Shown here piece by piece: positions 21,157-29,950 of a stretch of DNA of 64,000 nucleotides. The notes below the pieces were generated by a model. The model saw nothing but the letters and a program-made list of their open reading frames with translations. It had not been told where the DNA came from and ran no database searches. The stretch is from an uncultured Flavobacteriales bacterium. Lineage in GTDB: Bacteria; Bacteroidota; Bacteroidia; Flavobacteriales_D; Parvicellaceae. The stretch lies in contig CAJWDP010000012.1 of the NCBI GenBank assembly GCA_913030835.1, positions 718 to 64,717 of the forward strand, in the 5' to 3' direction. A program made the translations under genes and the position numbers. Each line of letters begins with the position of its first letter. Within the stretch, counting starts at the first letter, position 1.

Positions 21157-21359
21157 ACGACAATTGGAAACTCGTTTTCGAGTCGAGTACGGATCACATC
21201 TGTCAGACTTTAAAGAGCATGCTTGAACAAAATGGTATCAAAACAATTGTTTTGAATAAGAAAGATTCGATGGTTCATTCAATTGGAACTGTAGAATTGT
21301 ATGTTCAGAAAGACGATGTTATATTAGCAAAACACTTGATTGAAAGCTCAGCTAGTTGA
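21153..21359 (+). CDS. Small DUF2007-like (putative signal-transducing) protein
   Basis: The protein is 68 aa and is translationally coupled to ftsH and cdsA through overlapping stop/start codons. Its pattern is typical of DUF2007. Confidence 0.5.
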   Translation: MNDNWKLVFESSTDHICQTLKSMLEQNGIKTIVLNKKDSMVHSIGTVELYVQKDDVILAKHLIESSAS

Positions 21360-22201
21360 AGGAAGTCCTAACAAGAAGTCTATCAGGCCTGTTATTCATA
21401 GGCGTTATCATCGGAAGTATCATTTGGAGTCAGTACTCCGTAGCGATAGTTTTTCTGGCTGTCAGCATTTTCGCTCTATATGAGTTTTACAAATTGATGA
21501 ATACAGCTGGCTTTACCCCACATAAAATCACAGGGTTATTATGCGGAATTACTATATACGGTTTACTTGCACTTCATAGCTTTAACTGGCTTCCTCTTCA
21601 CACTTTATCTATCATATTTCCACTGCTGGTTGTTATCGTAATTGTCGAGCTTTTTAGAAAACAGAAATATCCGATATCCAATATTGCCTTTACTGTGCTT
21701 TCTATGATCTACATCGTGATGCCACTGGCCTCACTGAATTACTTTGCTTACTATAACCCTTTTAATGACGAAGTTCACTTGTATAAAAATGAATACAGTC
21801 TATTGTTGGGCTTCTTCATTATCGTTTGGTGCAACGATACAGGTGCTTACGTATTCGGTCGGCTCCTAGGAAAACACAAGTTGTTTAATCGAATTTCACC
21901 CAATAAAACCTGGGAAGGTTTTTTTGGTGGTTGCTTACTGGCCATTTCAGGGGCAATTCTTTTCTCCATGGCCACGGATAGTTCGACGGTTCATTGGAGC
22001 ATAATTTCCGTGCTAATCGTAATCTTTGGAACACTTGGAGACCTTACTGAATCTCAGATCAAAAGAAGTATAGGCGTAAAGGATTCGGGTAAATTTATGC
22101 CAGGACATGGTGGAATACTGGATCGATTTGACGGAGTGCTGTATGCTGCTCCTTTTGTGCTGACCTATTTCCTATTGATCAAAGCCGAATCTTTAATCTG
22201 A
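21356..22201 (+). CDS. cdsA: Phosphatidate cytidylyltransferase
   Basis: The signature SQIKRSIGVKDSGKFMPGHGGILDRFD is present and the protein is multi-TM. The TTG start overlaps the upstream stop. Confidence 0.9.
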   Translation: MKEVLTRSLSGLLFIGVIIGSIIWSQYSVAIVFLAVSIFALYEFYKLMNTAGFTPHKITGLLCGITIYGLLALHSFNWLPLHTLSIIFPLLVVIVIVELFRKQKYPISNIAFTVLSMIYIVMPLASLNYFAYYNPFNDEVHLYKNEYSLLLGFFIIVWCNDTGAYVFGRLLGKHKLFNRISPNKTWEGFFGGCLLAISGAILFSMATDSSTVHWSIISVLIVIFGTLGDLTESQIKRSIGVKDSGKFMPGHGGILDRFDGVLYAAPFVLTYFLLIKAESLI

Positions 22202-22206
22202 TACCA

Positions 22207-22869
22207 TTGAAAATTCATAAAGAAGGATACGCCATTATTTCCATTGCACTGATTGTTTTAGCAGGGCTAAATTCCATTGTCTACTTCCTTTTTCAACCCT
22301 TACTTTGGATTGTACTGCCATTAGCCATCCTTTCCGGTGTGTTTTTCTTGTTGATCGTTCAGTTTTTCAGATACCCCAAAAGAAATCCGATTTTGGACGG
22401 TAATAAAATTGTAGCTCCATCCGATGGAAAGGTAGTAGTTATAGAAGAAATAGAAGAAACTGAATTCTTTCATGACCGGAGAATTCAGCTTTCCATTTTC
22501 ATGTCACCGCTCAATGTGCACGCTCAGTGGTTTCCAATACCCGGTATCGTTCGATATTTCAAATACCATCCGGGAAAATATTTGGTTGCCTGGCACCCGA
22601 AGTCTTCGACGGAAAACGAAAGAACCACGATCGTAATTGAGAGCGATACGGGAAAACAGGTTATGTTCCGGCAAATCGCAGGAGCAGTTGCCAGAAGAAT
22701 TGTATGTTATGCCAAAGAGGGTGACACGGCCAAACAGGGTGAAAACTGTGGATTCATAAAATTTGGGTCAAGAATAGATGTTATCGTGCCGATAGATGCA
22801 ACTATTCGAGTAAATATGGAGGATAAAACGGTCGGTTCCGAGACTATTTTAGCCGAATTGTCGGCCTGA
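22207..22869 (+). CDS. psd: Phosphatidylserine decarboxylase proenzyme (short type)
   Basis: The 220-aa protein has an N-terminal TM pair and the self-cleavage region IKFGSRIDV. It follows cdsA. The start codon is TTG. Confidence 0.85.
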   Translation: MKIHKEGYAIISIALIVLAGLNSIVYFLFQPLLWIVLPLAILSGVFFLLIVQFFRYPKRNPILDGNKIVAPSDGKVVVIEEIEETEFFHDRRIQLSIFMSPLNVHAQWFPIPGIVRYFKYHPGKYLVAWHPKSSTENERTTIVIESDTGKQVMFRQIAGAVARRIVCYAKEGDTAKQGENCGFIKFGSRIDVIVPIDATIRVNMEDKTVGSETILAELSA

Positions 22870-22908
22870 TTCCAATATATTCACATATTCTTCCTACTTT
22901 AGGGAGTA

Positions 22909-22916
22909 TAATTTTG
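22909..22916 (+). promoter_or_regulatory. Candidate -7 promoter box (TAATTTTG)
   Basis: It matches TAnnTTTG and ends 21 nt upstream of the ATG at 22938. Confidence 0.35.
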
Positions 22917-22937
22917 ACACTTTTAAACATACTTGAC

Positions 22938-23168
22938 ATGAAAAAGATATTTGTTGCACTTACATTAGTAGCTTTCTTGGGAGGAACATCATTTGCATTT
23001 AGCCCGGTTGATGGAGACCCTGTTAAAACAGAAAAAACTAAGGGAGACGAAAAGAAAAAGAAAAAGAAGAAAAAGAAAGAAGCAAAAACAACTTGTACAA
23101 AATCAACTCAAAAAAGTTGTTGTTCTAAATCTTCAAATAAAACGTGCACGAAGAAAAAAGAACTTTAA
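22938..23168 (+). CDS. Small secreted Lys-rich protein with a C-X7-CC-X7-C motif
   Basis: The signal peptide is MKKIFVALTLVAFLGGTSFAFS. A K9 run lies at 23052-23078 and the C-terminus reads TTCTKSTQKSCCSKSSNKTCTKKKEL. A -7 box lies upstream and a terminator downstream. Confidence 0.55.
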   Translation: MKKIFVALTLVAFLGGTSFAFSPVDGDPVKTEKTKGDEKKKKKKKKKEAKTTCTKSTQKSCCSKSSNKTCTKKKEL

Positions 23169-23195
23169 GAATTGTATTCTTCAATGATATTCTAA

Positions 23196-23219
23196 GGAGG
23201 CCAAAAGCCTCCTTTTTTT
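23196..23219 (+). terminator. Rho-independent terminator
   Basis: The stem GGAGGC/GCCTCC has loop CAAAA and is followed by T7. Confidence 0.8.
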
Positions 23220-23247
23220 GTGCTTGAGAAGATAACCTGCTTATCTT

Positions 23248-23277
23248 TTTGCGGAATACAGCGATTTCATACATTTG
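23248..23277 (+). promoter_or_regulatory. Candidate promoter of the DEAD-box helicase gene (TTTG-N18-TACATTTG)
   Basis: TTTG lies at 23248-23251 and TAcaTTTG at 23270-23277, leaving a roughly 40-nt leader before the GTG at 23320. Confidence 0.4.
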
Positions 23278-23319
23278 ATCTATTCCAACTGATCAACTCA
23301 AAATCTAGAAATTCGTCAC

Positions 23320-24663
23320 GTGAAATTCACCGAATTAAATCTAAACAAACCATTATTGAATGCTCTTGATGAGCTGAATTTTGTGGAAGCCACTCCTATT
23401 CAGGAAAAGGCATTTTCAGTCATTTTATCTGGAAAAGATGTTGTTGGGATTGCCCAGACAGGAACAGGCAAGACGATGGCATTTTTACTTCCAATACTCA
23501 GGAATCTATCCTATTCTGAACAGCGTCATCCCAGAGTACTCATTCTAGTGCCGACGAGAGAATTAGTAGATCAAATTGTAGAACGACTTCTTGACCTGAC
23601 CAAATATATTTCTTGCAGAGTTTATGGCGTGTATGGCGGAACGAACATCAACACCCAAAAACAATACATTCACGACAATGGAGTTGACATTCTCGTGGCG
23701 ACACCGGGAAGATTAACCGACCTGGCACTCAGCGGAGTTTTGCGCTTGAAGATGATTAAACAGTTGGTAATCGATGAAATGGATGAAATGCTGGAGCTTG
23801 GATTCCGCACACAACTTTTAACCATATTGGATCTTTTACCTCAGAAAAGACAAAATTTACTCTTCTCCGCAACCATTAATGATGAAGTAGGCTTTTTTGT
23901 GGATCAATTTTTTTTAGACCCAACCAAAATTGAAGCGGCAGGTGCGGGCACTCCACTCCATCTAATTACACAAATGGCATATGAAGCACCAAATTTCCTG
24001 TCTAAACTTGCACTGCTAACCGAACTACTAGCAAACCGGGAAGAATACGGAAAAGTATTGATCTTCGCAAAGAGCCGAAAGTTCGCCGACCACCTGATGA
24101 AACAACTGGAAATTGATTTTCCCGATGAGGTCGGTGTAATTCATTCCAATAAATCGCAGAATTTAAGAATAAATACGGTCGAAGCATTTGCGAACGGAAC
24201 GATCCGAATTTTAATTGCCACGGATTTAATTTCCAGGGGGATTGACATCCAGGAAGTTACGCACGTCATCAATTTCCATATGCCAGAAGGTGGTGATCAA
24301 TATACTCACCGAACAGGCCGAACAGGAAGGGCGGGTCGAACTGGAGTTGCAATTTCTCTTATTGATCAAACAGAGCTATCACTGAAACGCGAAATTGAAA
24401 GTGCATTGAACCTCGAAATACCGTTCGATTTAGTACCTGAACACATCAACTTTACAGATGAGCTGATCGACGAAGAAAAGATAAAACCATCGGAAAAAAA
24501 CTATTTGCCAAAACCCAAAAAATCCGAAGAAAGAGGTCTTGCATTTCATGAAAAGAAAGCAAAAAATCAGAAAACGAACCAAGGAGGCTCGTATAAGAAA
24601 AAAATCAAGGAGAAATACAAGAAACCAAAGACCCGAGGTCAGAAAAAAAGAGGAAAAAAATAA
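23320..24663 (+). CDS. DEAD-box ATP-dependent RNA helicase (RhlE-like) with a basic C-terminal tail
   Basis: It has a Q-motif region, AQTGTGKT, PTRELV, motif II DEMD, SAT and HRTGRTGRAG, plus a K/R-rich tail. The start codon is GTG. Confidence 0.9.
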   Translation: MKFTELNLNKPLLNALDELNFVEATPIQEKAFSVILSGKDVVGIAQTGTGKTMAFLLPILRNLSYSEQRHPRVLILVPTRELVDQIVERLLDLTKYISCRVYGVYGGTNINTQKQYIHDNGVDILVATPGRLTDLALSGVLRLKMIKQLVIDEMDEMLELGFRTQLLTILDLLPQKRQNLLFSATINDEVGFFVDQFFLDPTKIEAAGAGTPLHLITQMAYEAPNFLSKLALLTELLANREEYGKVLIFAKSRKFADHLMKQLEIDFPDEVGVIHSNKSQNLRINTVEAFANGTIRILIATDLISRGIDIQEVTHVINFHMPEGGDQYTHRTGRTGRAGRTGVAISLIDQTELSLKREIESALNLEIPFDLVPEHINFTDELIDEEKIKPSEKNYLPKPKKSEERGLAFHEKKAKNQKTNQGGSYKKKIKEKYKKPKTRGQKKRGKK

Positions 24664-24687
24664 GCCTCAGGCTCCCCATATTTTTTC

Positions 24688-25017
24688 CTATGAATTGAGT
24701 TTTGGGTTATTCAAGTGTCTTTCGCTATCCCTCTCGGTCTTCTTACGGATATTTTCCTCCAGCGCCTGTTCAAGGTTAATCCCGGTCTGATTTGCTAGGC
24801 AAATAAGTACCCACAATATATCTGCCATTTCATCTCCCAAATTCTTGTCTTTGTCGGATTCTTTTTCTGATTGCTCACCATACCTTCTGGCCATTATTCG
24901 CGCAAGCTCGCCTACCTCTTCCGTAAGCATTGCCATGTTCGTAAGCTCATTGAAATACCGAACACCGTATTGTTTGATCCACTGATCGACCTGCTCCTGT
25001 GCTTCTGTTATTGTCAT
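24688..25017 (-). CDS. MazG-like nucleotide pyrophosphohydrolase (all-alpha NTP-PPase)
   Basis: The 109-aa protein carries the EEVGELARI and GDEMADILWVLICLANQTGINLEQAL motifs. Confidence 0.8.
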   Translation of the reverse strand: MTITEAQEQVDQWIKQYGVRYFNELTNMAMLTEEVGELARIMARRYGEQSEKESDKDKNLGDEMADILWVLICLANQTGINLEQALEENIRKKTERDSERHLNNPKLNS

Positions 25018-25469
25018 TATTCCCTGTTTTTAGAATCAATTAGTATGGTCACCGGCCCGTCGTTAACGAGTTGCACAGCCATGTTTGCACCAAAAACACC
25101 CGTTTTAACGGGCTTATTGACTAACCTTTCCATGGCAAACACAAATTGATCATATAGCGGTATGCTGATCTCGGGTTTTGCCGAACGTATATAAGAAGGT
25201 CTATTGCCTTTTTTTGTACTTGCGAACAAGGTAAACTGACTTACTACCATGATTTGCCCGTTGGTCTCTAGTATCGACCTGTTCATTTTACCTTCGCCAT
25301 CAGAGAAAATCCTCAGATTGACTATTTTCTTTGACAACCAATCAATATCATCGGCAGAATCATTTGATTCAATACCAACCAAGACCAGCATCCCGAATTG
25401 AATTTCAGCATGTTTCTCTCCGTTTACACTAACCTCTGCTGATTGAACCCTTTGTATTACTACCCTCAT
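25017..25469 (-). CDS. dtd: D-aminoacyl-tRNA deacylase
   Basis: The N-terminus is MRVVIQRV, the protein contains SQFTL and NDGPVT motifs, and it is 150 aa. Confidence 0.92.
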   Translation of the reverse strand: MRVVIQRVQSAEVSVNGEKHAEIQFGMLVLVGIESNDSADDIDWLSKKIVNLRIFSDGEGKMNRSILETNGQIMVVSQFTLFASTKKGNRPSYIRSAKPEISIPLYDQFVFAMERLVNKPVKTGVFGANMAVQLVNDGPVTILIDSKNRE

Positions 25470-26407
25470 TAATACCCTTTTTCTCGATAAGCTCCGCCAT
25501 CCTCGTCATTGTACATCGCCAGGTAATTCACATACCTTTCTGCCGGTATTTGCTTTTGCTCAATAGCATCAAGTACAGCACATTGTGGTTCATTGATGTG
25601 CTGGCAATTATTGAACTTGCATTCTTGCATACGAAGTCGAAATTCCGGGAAATAATGACCGAGCTCCCTTTTTTCTATATCAACCACACCAAACCCTTTA
25701 ATTCCAGGCGTATCCACTACAAAACCTCCAAATTTCCATTCAAACATTTCAGCAAAAGTTGTCGTATGACGGCCTTTGTTATGAGCTTCCGATATTTCTC
25801 CGGTTTTCAGACTTAAGTTTTCGTCAATCGCATTGACCAACGTTGATTTGCCCACTCCGGAATGACCAGAAATTAATGTGACTTTAGCTTTAAGCACTTC
25901 TTGTATATCGTCCAACCCAATCCGCTCAATTGCAGAAGTACGAAAAGTGTCATAGCCAATACTACCGTACAATTCTTCCATATAGGTGAGCAACTTTTTT
26001 TCCGATTCCTCCAACAAGTCAATTTTGTTAAATACAATCTTAACGGGGATTCGGTACGCTTCTGCACTCACCAAAAAACGATCGATAAACCCTGTACTTG
26101 TTGTTGGACTTTTTACCGTAACCAATAAAATTACCTGGTCTAAATTGCTTGCAAGAATATGAGAGCGCTTGGACAGATTGACGGATTTTCTCTTGATGTA
26201 ATTCTTACGGTCCATAATTTCTCTGATCACCCCTGTCTCATCCTGCTCCATGTCAAACTCAACCCAATCGCCAACAGCAATAGGGTTCGTTGATTTAATT
26301 CCCTGAACACGAAATTTCCCCTGGATTCTACATTTTACAATTGTCGCATCTTCCTGACGCACATCGTACCAGCTTCCTGTAGATCTTATTACTAAACCCT
26401 TTATCAA
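25469..26407 (-). CDS. rsgA: Ribosome small subunit-dependent GTPase A
   Basis: It has a circularly permuted GTPase layout (NKIDL then GHSGVGKSTLVN), a C-terminal zinc knuckle CKFNNCQHINEPQCAV and a TTG start. Confidence 0.9.
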   Translation of the reverse strand: MIKGLVIRSTGSWYDVRQEDATIVKCRIQGKFRVQGIKSTNPIAVGDWVEFDMEQDETGVIREIMDRKNYIKRKSVNLSKRSHILASNLDQVILLVTVKSPTTSTGFIDRFLVSAEAYRIPVKIVFNKIDLLEESEKKLLTYMEELYGSIGYDTFRTSAIERIGLDDIQEVLKAKVTLISGHSGVGKSTLVNAIDENLSLKTGEISEAHNKGRHTTTFAEMFEWKFGGFVVDTPGIKGFGVVDIEKRELGHYFPEFRLRMQECKFNNCQHINEPQCAVLDAIEQKQIPAERYVNYLAMYNDEDGGAYREKGY

Positions 26408-26414
26408 AGTTTGA

Positions 26415-26422
26415 CAAAGTTA
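26415..26422 (-). promoter_or_regulatory. Candidate -7 box (TAACTTTG on the minus strand) 7 nt upstream of the rsgA start
   Basis: The plus strand reads CAAAGTTA at 26415-26422. The minus strand reads TAACTTTG-TCAAACT-TTG(start). Confidence 0.3.
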
Positions 26423-26502
26423 ACAATCCTTGTGTTGATACTCACTAACACTTTCTATGGAGATTGTTCATTAAATAGTAACTTCGTCTAAATTATTTGC
26501 GC

Positions 26503-27408
26503 ATGTCGATCTCCGTACAAAATATCACCAAAGTATATGGCAGTCAGTACGCTCTGAATGATGTTTCCCTTGAGATCGAAAAAGGTGAAGTTCTTGGATT
26601 TTTAGGCCCCAATGGTGCCGGAAAATCAACATTGATGAAAATTATCACTTGTTACATTCCTCAAACCGATGGAGAGGTGCGTGTATGCGACTTGAATGTA
26701 AAAAGTCAATCCAATGAAATAAAAAAGATCGTTGGTTATCTTCCGGAGAATACTCCGCTCTATTACGACATGTACGTAAAGGAATACCTTCGTTTTCTCG
26801 CCCATGTGCATAAAATTCCGGATCGAAAAAGAAGGGTGAATGAGATGATCGAAGCCGTGGGATTAGAATTGGAATGCCACAAAAAAATTGGAGCCCTTTC
26901 CAAAGGATACAAGCAACGTGTTGGTCTTGCACAAGCACTTATACACGATCCAAAAGTGCTTATTCTTGATGAACCAACCAGCGGTTTAGATCCAAATCAG
27001 CTAGAAGACATACGAACACTGATCAAGCAGCTTGGACAGGAAAAAACCGTGATGCTTTCTACACATATAATGCAAGAAGTGGAAGCAATTTGTGATCGGG
27101 TAGTAATCATCAATAAAGGAGAGTTGGTTGCAGATGATTCCGTCCAAAACCTGCAATCCAGAACATCACATAAACAAGTAGTAAGAGTAGAATTTAATTC
27201 AGAGGTGGAGGAATCCAAATTAACCGTACTACCGGGAGTTTCGGAAATCAAAAAACTAGATGGAAATATGTTCCTTATCGGATCAAATTCCAAAGATGAC
27301 CTTCGACCGGAAATCTCCAAATTTGCCGGGAAACACGAACTGTTAATCCTCACTTTACAGAAAGAACAAGATACCTTGGAAGAGGCGTTCAAAAAGTTAA
27401 CCAATTAG
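26503..27408 (+). CDS. gldA: ABC transporter ATP-binding protein, GldA-like (gliding-associated)
   Basis: The N-terminus MSISVQNITKVYGSQYALNDVSLEIEKGEVLGFLGPNGAGKSTLMKIITCY...IGYLPENTPLYYDMYVKEYL closely resembles Flavobacterium GldA. Signature LSKGYKQR and Walker B ILDEPTSGLD are present. The gldA label is from recollection of the family. Confidence 0.6.
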   Translation: MSISVQNITKVYGSQYALNDVSLEIEKGEVLGFLGPNGAGKSTLMKIITCYIPQTDGEVRVCDLNVKSQSNEIKKIVGYLPENTPLYYDMYVKEYLRFLAHVHKIPDRKRRVNEMIEAVGLELECHKKIGALSKGYKQRVGLAQALIHDPKVLILDEPTSGLDPNQLEDIRTLIKQLGQEKTVMLSTHIMQEVEAICDRVVIINKGELVADDSVQNLQSRTSHKQVVRVEFNSEVEESKLTVLPGVSEIKKLDGNMFLIGSNSKDDLRPEISKFAGKHELLILTLQKEQDTLEEAFKKLTN

Positions 27409-27461
27409 TATCTTGGAGCCGATTTAATTTTTTAATTTAGCCGATTCTAAAAAGGTAAATT

Positions 27462-28718
27462 ATGCCGTATTTATTCACTTCCGAGTCTGTCTCAGAAGGT
27501 CATCCCGATAAAGTCGCTGACCAAATATCTGACGCTCTAATCGATAATTTTATGGCCTTCGATCCAGAATCGAAGGTAGCTTGTGAAACACTTGTAACAA
27601 CGGGACAAGTGGTTCTTGCAGGAGAGGTAAAAACCAATACCTACCTGGATGTACAAACGATTGCCCGTGAAACGATCAAAAAGATCGGTTACACGAAATC
27701 AGAATATATGTTTGACGCTAATTCTTGTGGAATTTTGTCTGCTATTCATGAACAATCCGAAGACATCAATCAAGGTGTAGAGCGAGCTAATCCTGAGGAT
27801 CAGGGTGCGGGAGATCAAGGAATGATGTTTGGATATGCGACCAAAGAAACGGAAAATTACATTCCTTTGGGATTAGATCTTGCACACAAGATCCTGCTTG
27901 AAATGACGAACATTCGGAACAACGAGCCGGAATTGATCCCCTACTTGAGACCTGATGCAAAATCTCAAATTACCATTGAATATTCCGATGAGAATGTTCC
28001 GCTTCGAATAGATACTATTGTGGTTTCAACACAACACGACGACTTTGATTCGGAAGAAACCATGCTTGCTAAGATCAAAAAAGACATTGTTGAGATCGTA
28101 GTTGAGCGGGTAAAAGCAAATTGCTCTCCGGAGATACAACAGCTGTTTACAGACGACATTCAATACCACATCAACCCTACAGGAATCTTCGTAATCGGAG
28201 GGCCTCACGGGGATACAGGCCTAACGGGGCGCAAAATCATCGTTGATACGTACGGTGGAAAAGGTGCCCATGGTGGAGGAGCGTTTTCTGGTAAAGATCC
28301 GTCAAAAGTGGATCGTTCTGCGGCTTACGCTACGAGGCATATTGCCAAAAATATGGTTGCTGCCGGATTGTGTGACGAGGTGTTGGTTCAGGTTTCTTAT
28401 GCTATTGGGGTCGCAGAACCATGTGGGTTATTTGTAGAGACCTATGGCACCTCAAAGGTTAATCTATCCGACGGAGAAATTGCTGAAAAGATTTCTAACA
28501 TCTTTGACATGAGGCCATATTATATTGAACAGCGCCTTAAGCTGAGAAACCCGATGTATTCGGAAACAGCGGCGTACGGTCATATGGGTAGAAAGAATGA
28601 AACCGTAACCAAGACATTTGAAGCTCCTGATGGTAAAAAAGTAACGAAAGACGTTGAGTTGTTTACTTGGGAGAAGTTGGATTTTGTTTCAGATATCAAG
28701 GAAGCATTTCAATTGTAA
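27462..28718 (+). CDS. metK: S-adenosylmethionine synthase
   Basis: [32 protein letters not shown] and [19 protein letters not shown] are all present. Confidence 0.97.
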   Translation: MPYLFTSESVSEGHPDKVADQISDALIDNFMAFDPESKVACETLVTTGQVVLAGEVKTNTYLDVQTIARETIKKIGYTKSEYMFDANSCGILSAIHEQSEDINQGVERANPEDQGAGDQGMMFGYATKETENYIPLGLDLAHKILLEMTNIRNNEPELIPYLRPDAKSQITIEYSDENVPLRIDTIVVSTQHDDFDSEETMLAKIKKDIVEIVVERVKANCSPEIQQLFTDDIQYHINPTGIFVIGGPHGDTGLTGRKIIVDTYGGKGAHGGGAFSGKDPSKVDRSAAYATRHIAKNMVAAGLCDEVLVQVSYAIGVAEPCGLFVETYGTSKVNLSDGEIAEKISNIFDMRPYYIEQRLKLRNPMYSETAAYGHMGRKNETVTKTFEAPDGKKVTKDVELFTWEKLDFVSDIKEAFQL

Positions 28719-28740
28719 AAGCTAAAAAATAGTTTGTTCA

Positions 28741-28772
28741 AGGCTTCTCAAAATAAAGAGAGGCCTTTTTTT
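28741..28772 (+). terminator. Rho-independent terminator after metK
   Basis: A 9-bp stem pairs AGGCTTCTC with GAGAGGCCT (one G-U pair), with loop AAAATAAA and a following T-run. Confidence 0.7.
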
Positions 28773-28786
28773 ATACTTTTATTCCC

Positions 28787-29947
28787 GTGGACAATCAAGA
28801 AATCATCAACCATCTGGGGGAAGATCGTTCTGCTTATCAGAACGCTGTAGTCCCTCCTATTCATCAATCAAGTATCTATTGCTTCGAAACGGTTAACGAC
28901 CTTCGTCAAAACCTAAAAAAGGAGCTGGAAGTACCTTTTTATACAAGAGGTGTTAACCCAACCGTTGTGACCCTCAGAAAAAAACTAGCGGCTCTTGAAC
29001 ATACTGAAGATGCTTTGGTTTTTGGCAGTGGTAGTGCTGCAATTGCCGCAGCCGTTATGAATTCAGTACGTTCCGGAGATCACGTGATCTGTGTACAGAA
29101 GCCCTATTCATGGACAGGCAAGCTCCTCGATGATTATCTGAAAAAGTTTGACATTGAAGTATCTTTCATAGACGGTAGAAAAATTGAACATTTCAACAAT
29201 GCAATTCAGTCCAATACGAAGCTGATCTATTTAGAAACCCCCAATTCTGTCACGTTCGAATTACAAGACTTACAAGCAGTATCGGATTTAGCTAAAAAGC
29301 ACCAAATTCGGACAATTTGCGACAATAGCTATTCAACTCCTGTATTTCAAAATCCCGCAGATTATGGAATAGACATTGTTTGTCATTCCGCAAGCAAGTA
29401 CATTGGCGGTCATTCCGATGTCGTTGCAGGAGTATTGTGTGCTTCTAAAGAAATCGTGCATTCTATTTTCTCTAATGAATTCATGACCATTGGCAGCATC
29501 ATTTCACCACACGACGCTTGGCTATTAATCCGTGGCATTCGCACTTTACCCATGCGGATAAAACAATCCCATGAAACTACGGCTCAAGTTATCAATTGGT
29601 TAGCGAAGCATCCAAAAGTGGAAAAGATCAACTACCCCTTTCATCCAGAATCCGAACAATTCGAGCTTGCTCAAAAACAAATGAGAGGATGTGGAGGTTT
29701 GTTTTCAATGGAAATTGCTGCTAATTCCGTAGAAGAAGTTGAAGATTTTTGCAATGGATTAAAGCACTTCTTAATTGCTTGCTCCTGGGGTGGTTACGAA
29801 TCACTCCTCTTTCCGACCTGTGCGCTTTTTGACTCGGCGAATTACAACAAAACAACACTGTCCTGGAAATTGATTCGATTTTACATTGGATTTGAAGAGC
29901 CTGAAACAATCATCGAAGATTTTAAGCAAGCCTTTGAGAAAATGTAG
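28787..29947 (+). CDS. Cys/Met-metabolism PLP-dependent enzyme (cystathionine gamma-synthase/beta-lyase/methionine gamma-lyase family)
   Basis: The PLP-lysine context HSASKYIGGHSDV and the family-typical N-terminus (...PPIHQSSIY) are present. The start codon is GTG. Confidence 0.8.
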   Translation: MDNQEIINHLGEDRSAYQNAVVPPIHQSSIYCFETVNDLRQNLKKELEVPFYTRGVNPTVVTLRKKLAALEHTEDALVFGSGSAAIAAAVMNSVRSGDHVICVQKPYSWTGKLLDDYLKKFDIEVSFIDGRKIEHFNNAIQSNTKLIYLETPNSVTFELQDLQAVSDLAKKHQIRTICDNSYSTPVFQNPADYGIDIVCHSASKYIGGHSDVVAGVLCASKEIVHSIFSNEFMTIGSIISPHDAWLLIRGIRTLPMRIKQSHETTAQVINWLAKHPKVEKINYPFHPESEQFELAQKQMRGCGGLFSMEIAANSVEEVEDFCNGLKHFLIACSWGGYESLLFPTCALFDSANYNKTTLSWKLIRFYIGFEEPETIIEDFKQAFEKM

Positions 29948-29950
29948 CGA

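Noticed and set aside
22993-23187. Alternative-frame 64-aa K/R-rich ORF overlapping the small secreted protein gene
   Set aside because: It arises from the same purine-rich repeat. It lacks a signal peptide or start context, whereas the 22938 frame has a signal peptide, a -7 box and a terminator.
27409-27461. SAM riboswitch in front of metK
   Set aside because: The spacer is only 53 nt and AT-rich. It has no stable helices or pseudoknot-forming complementary segments that I could find.
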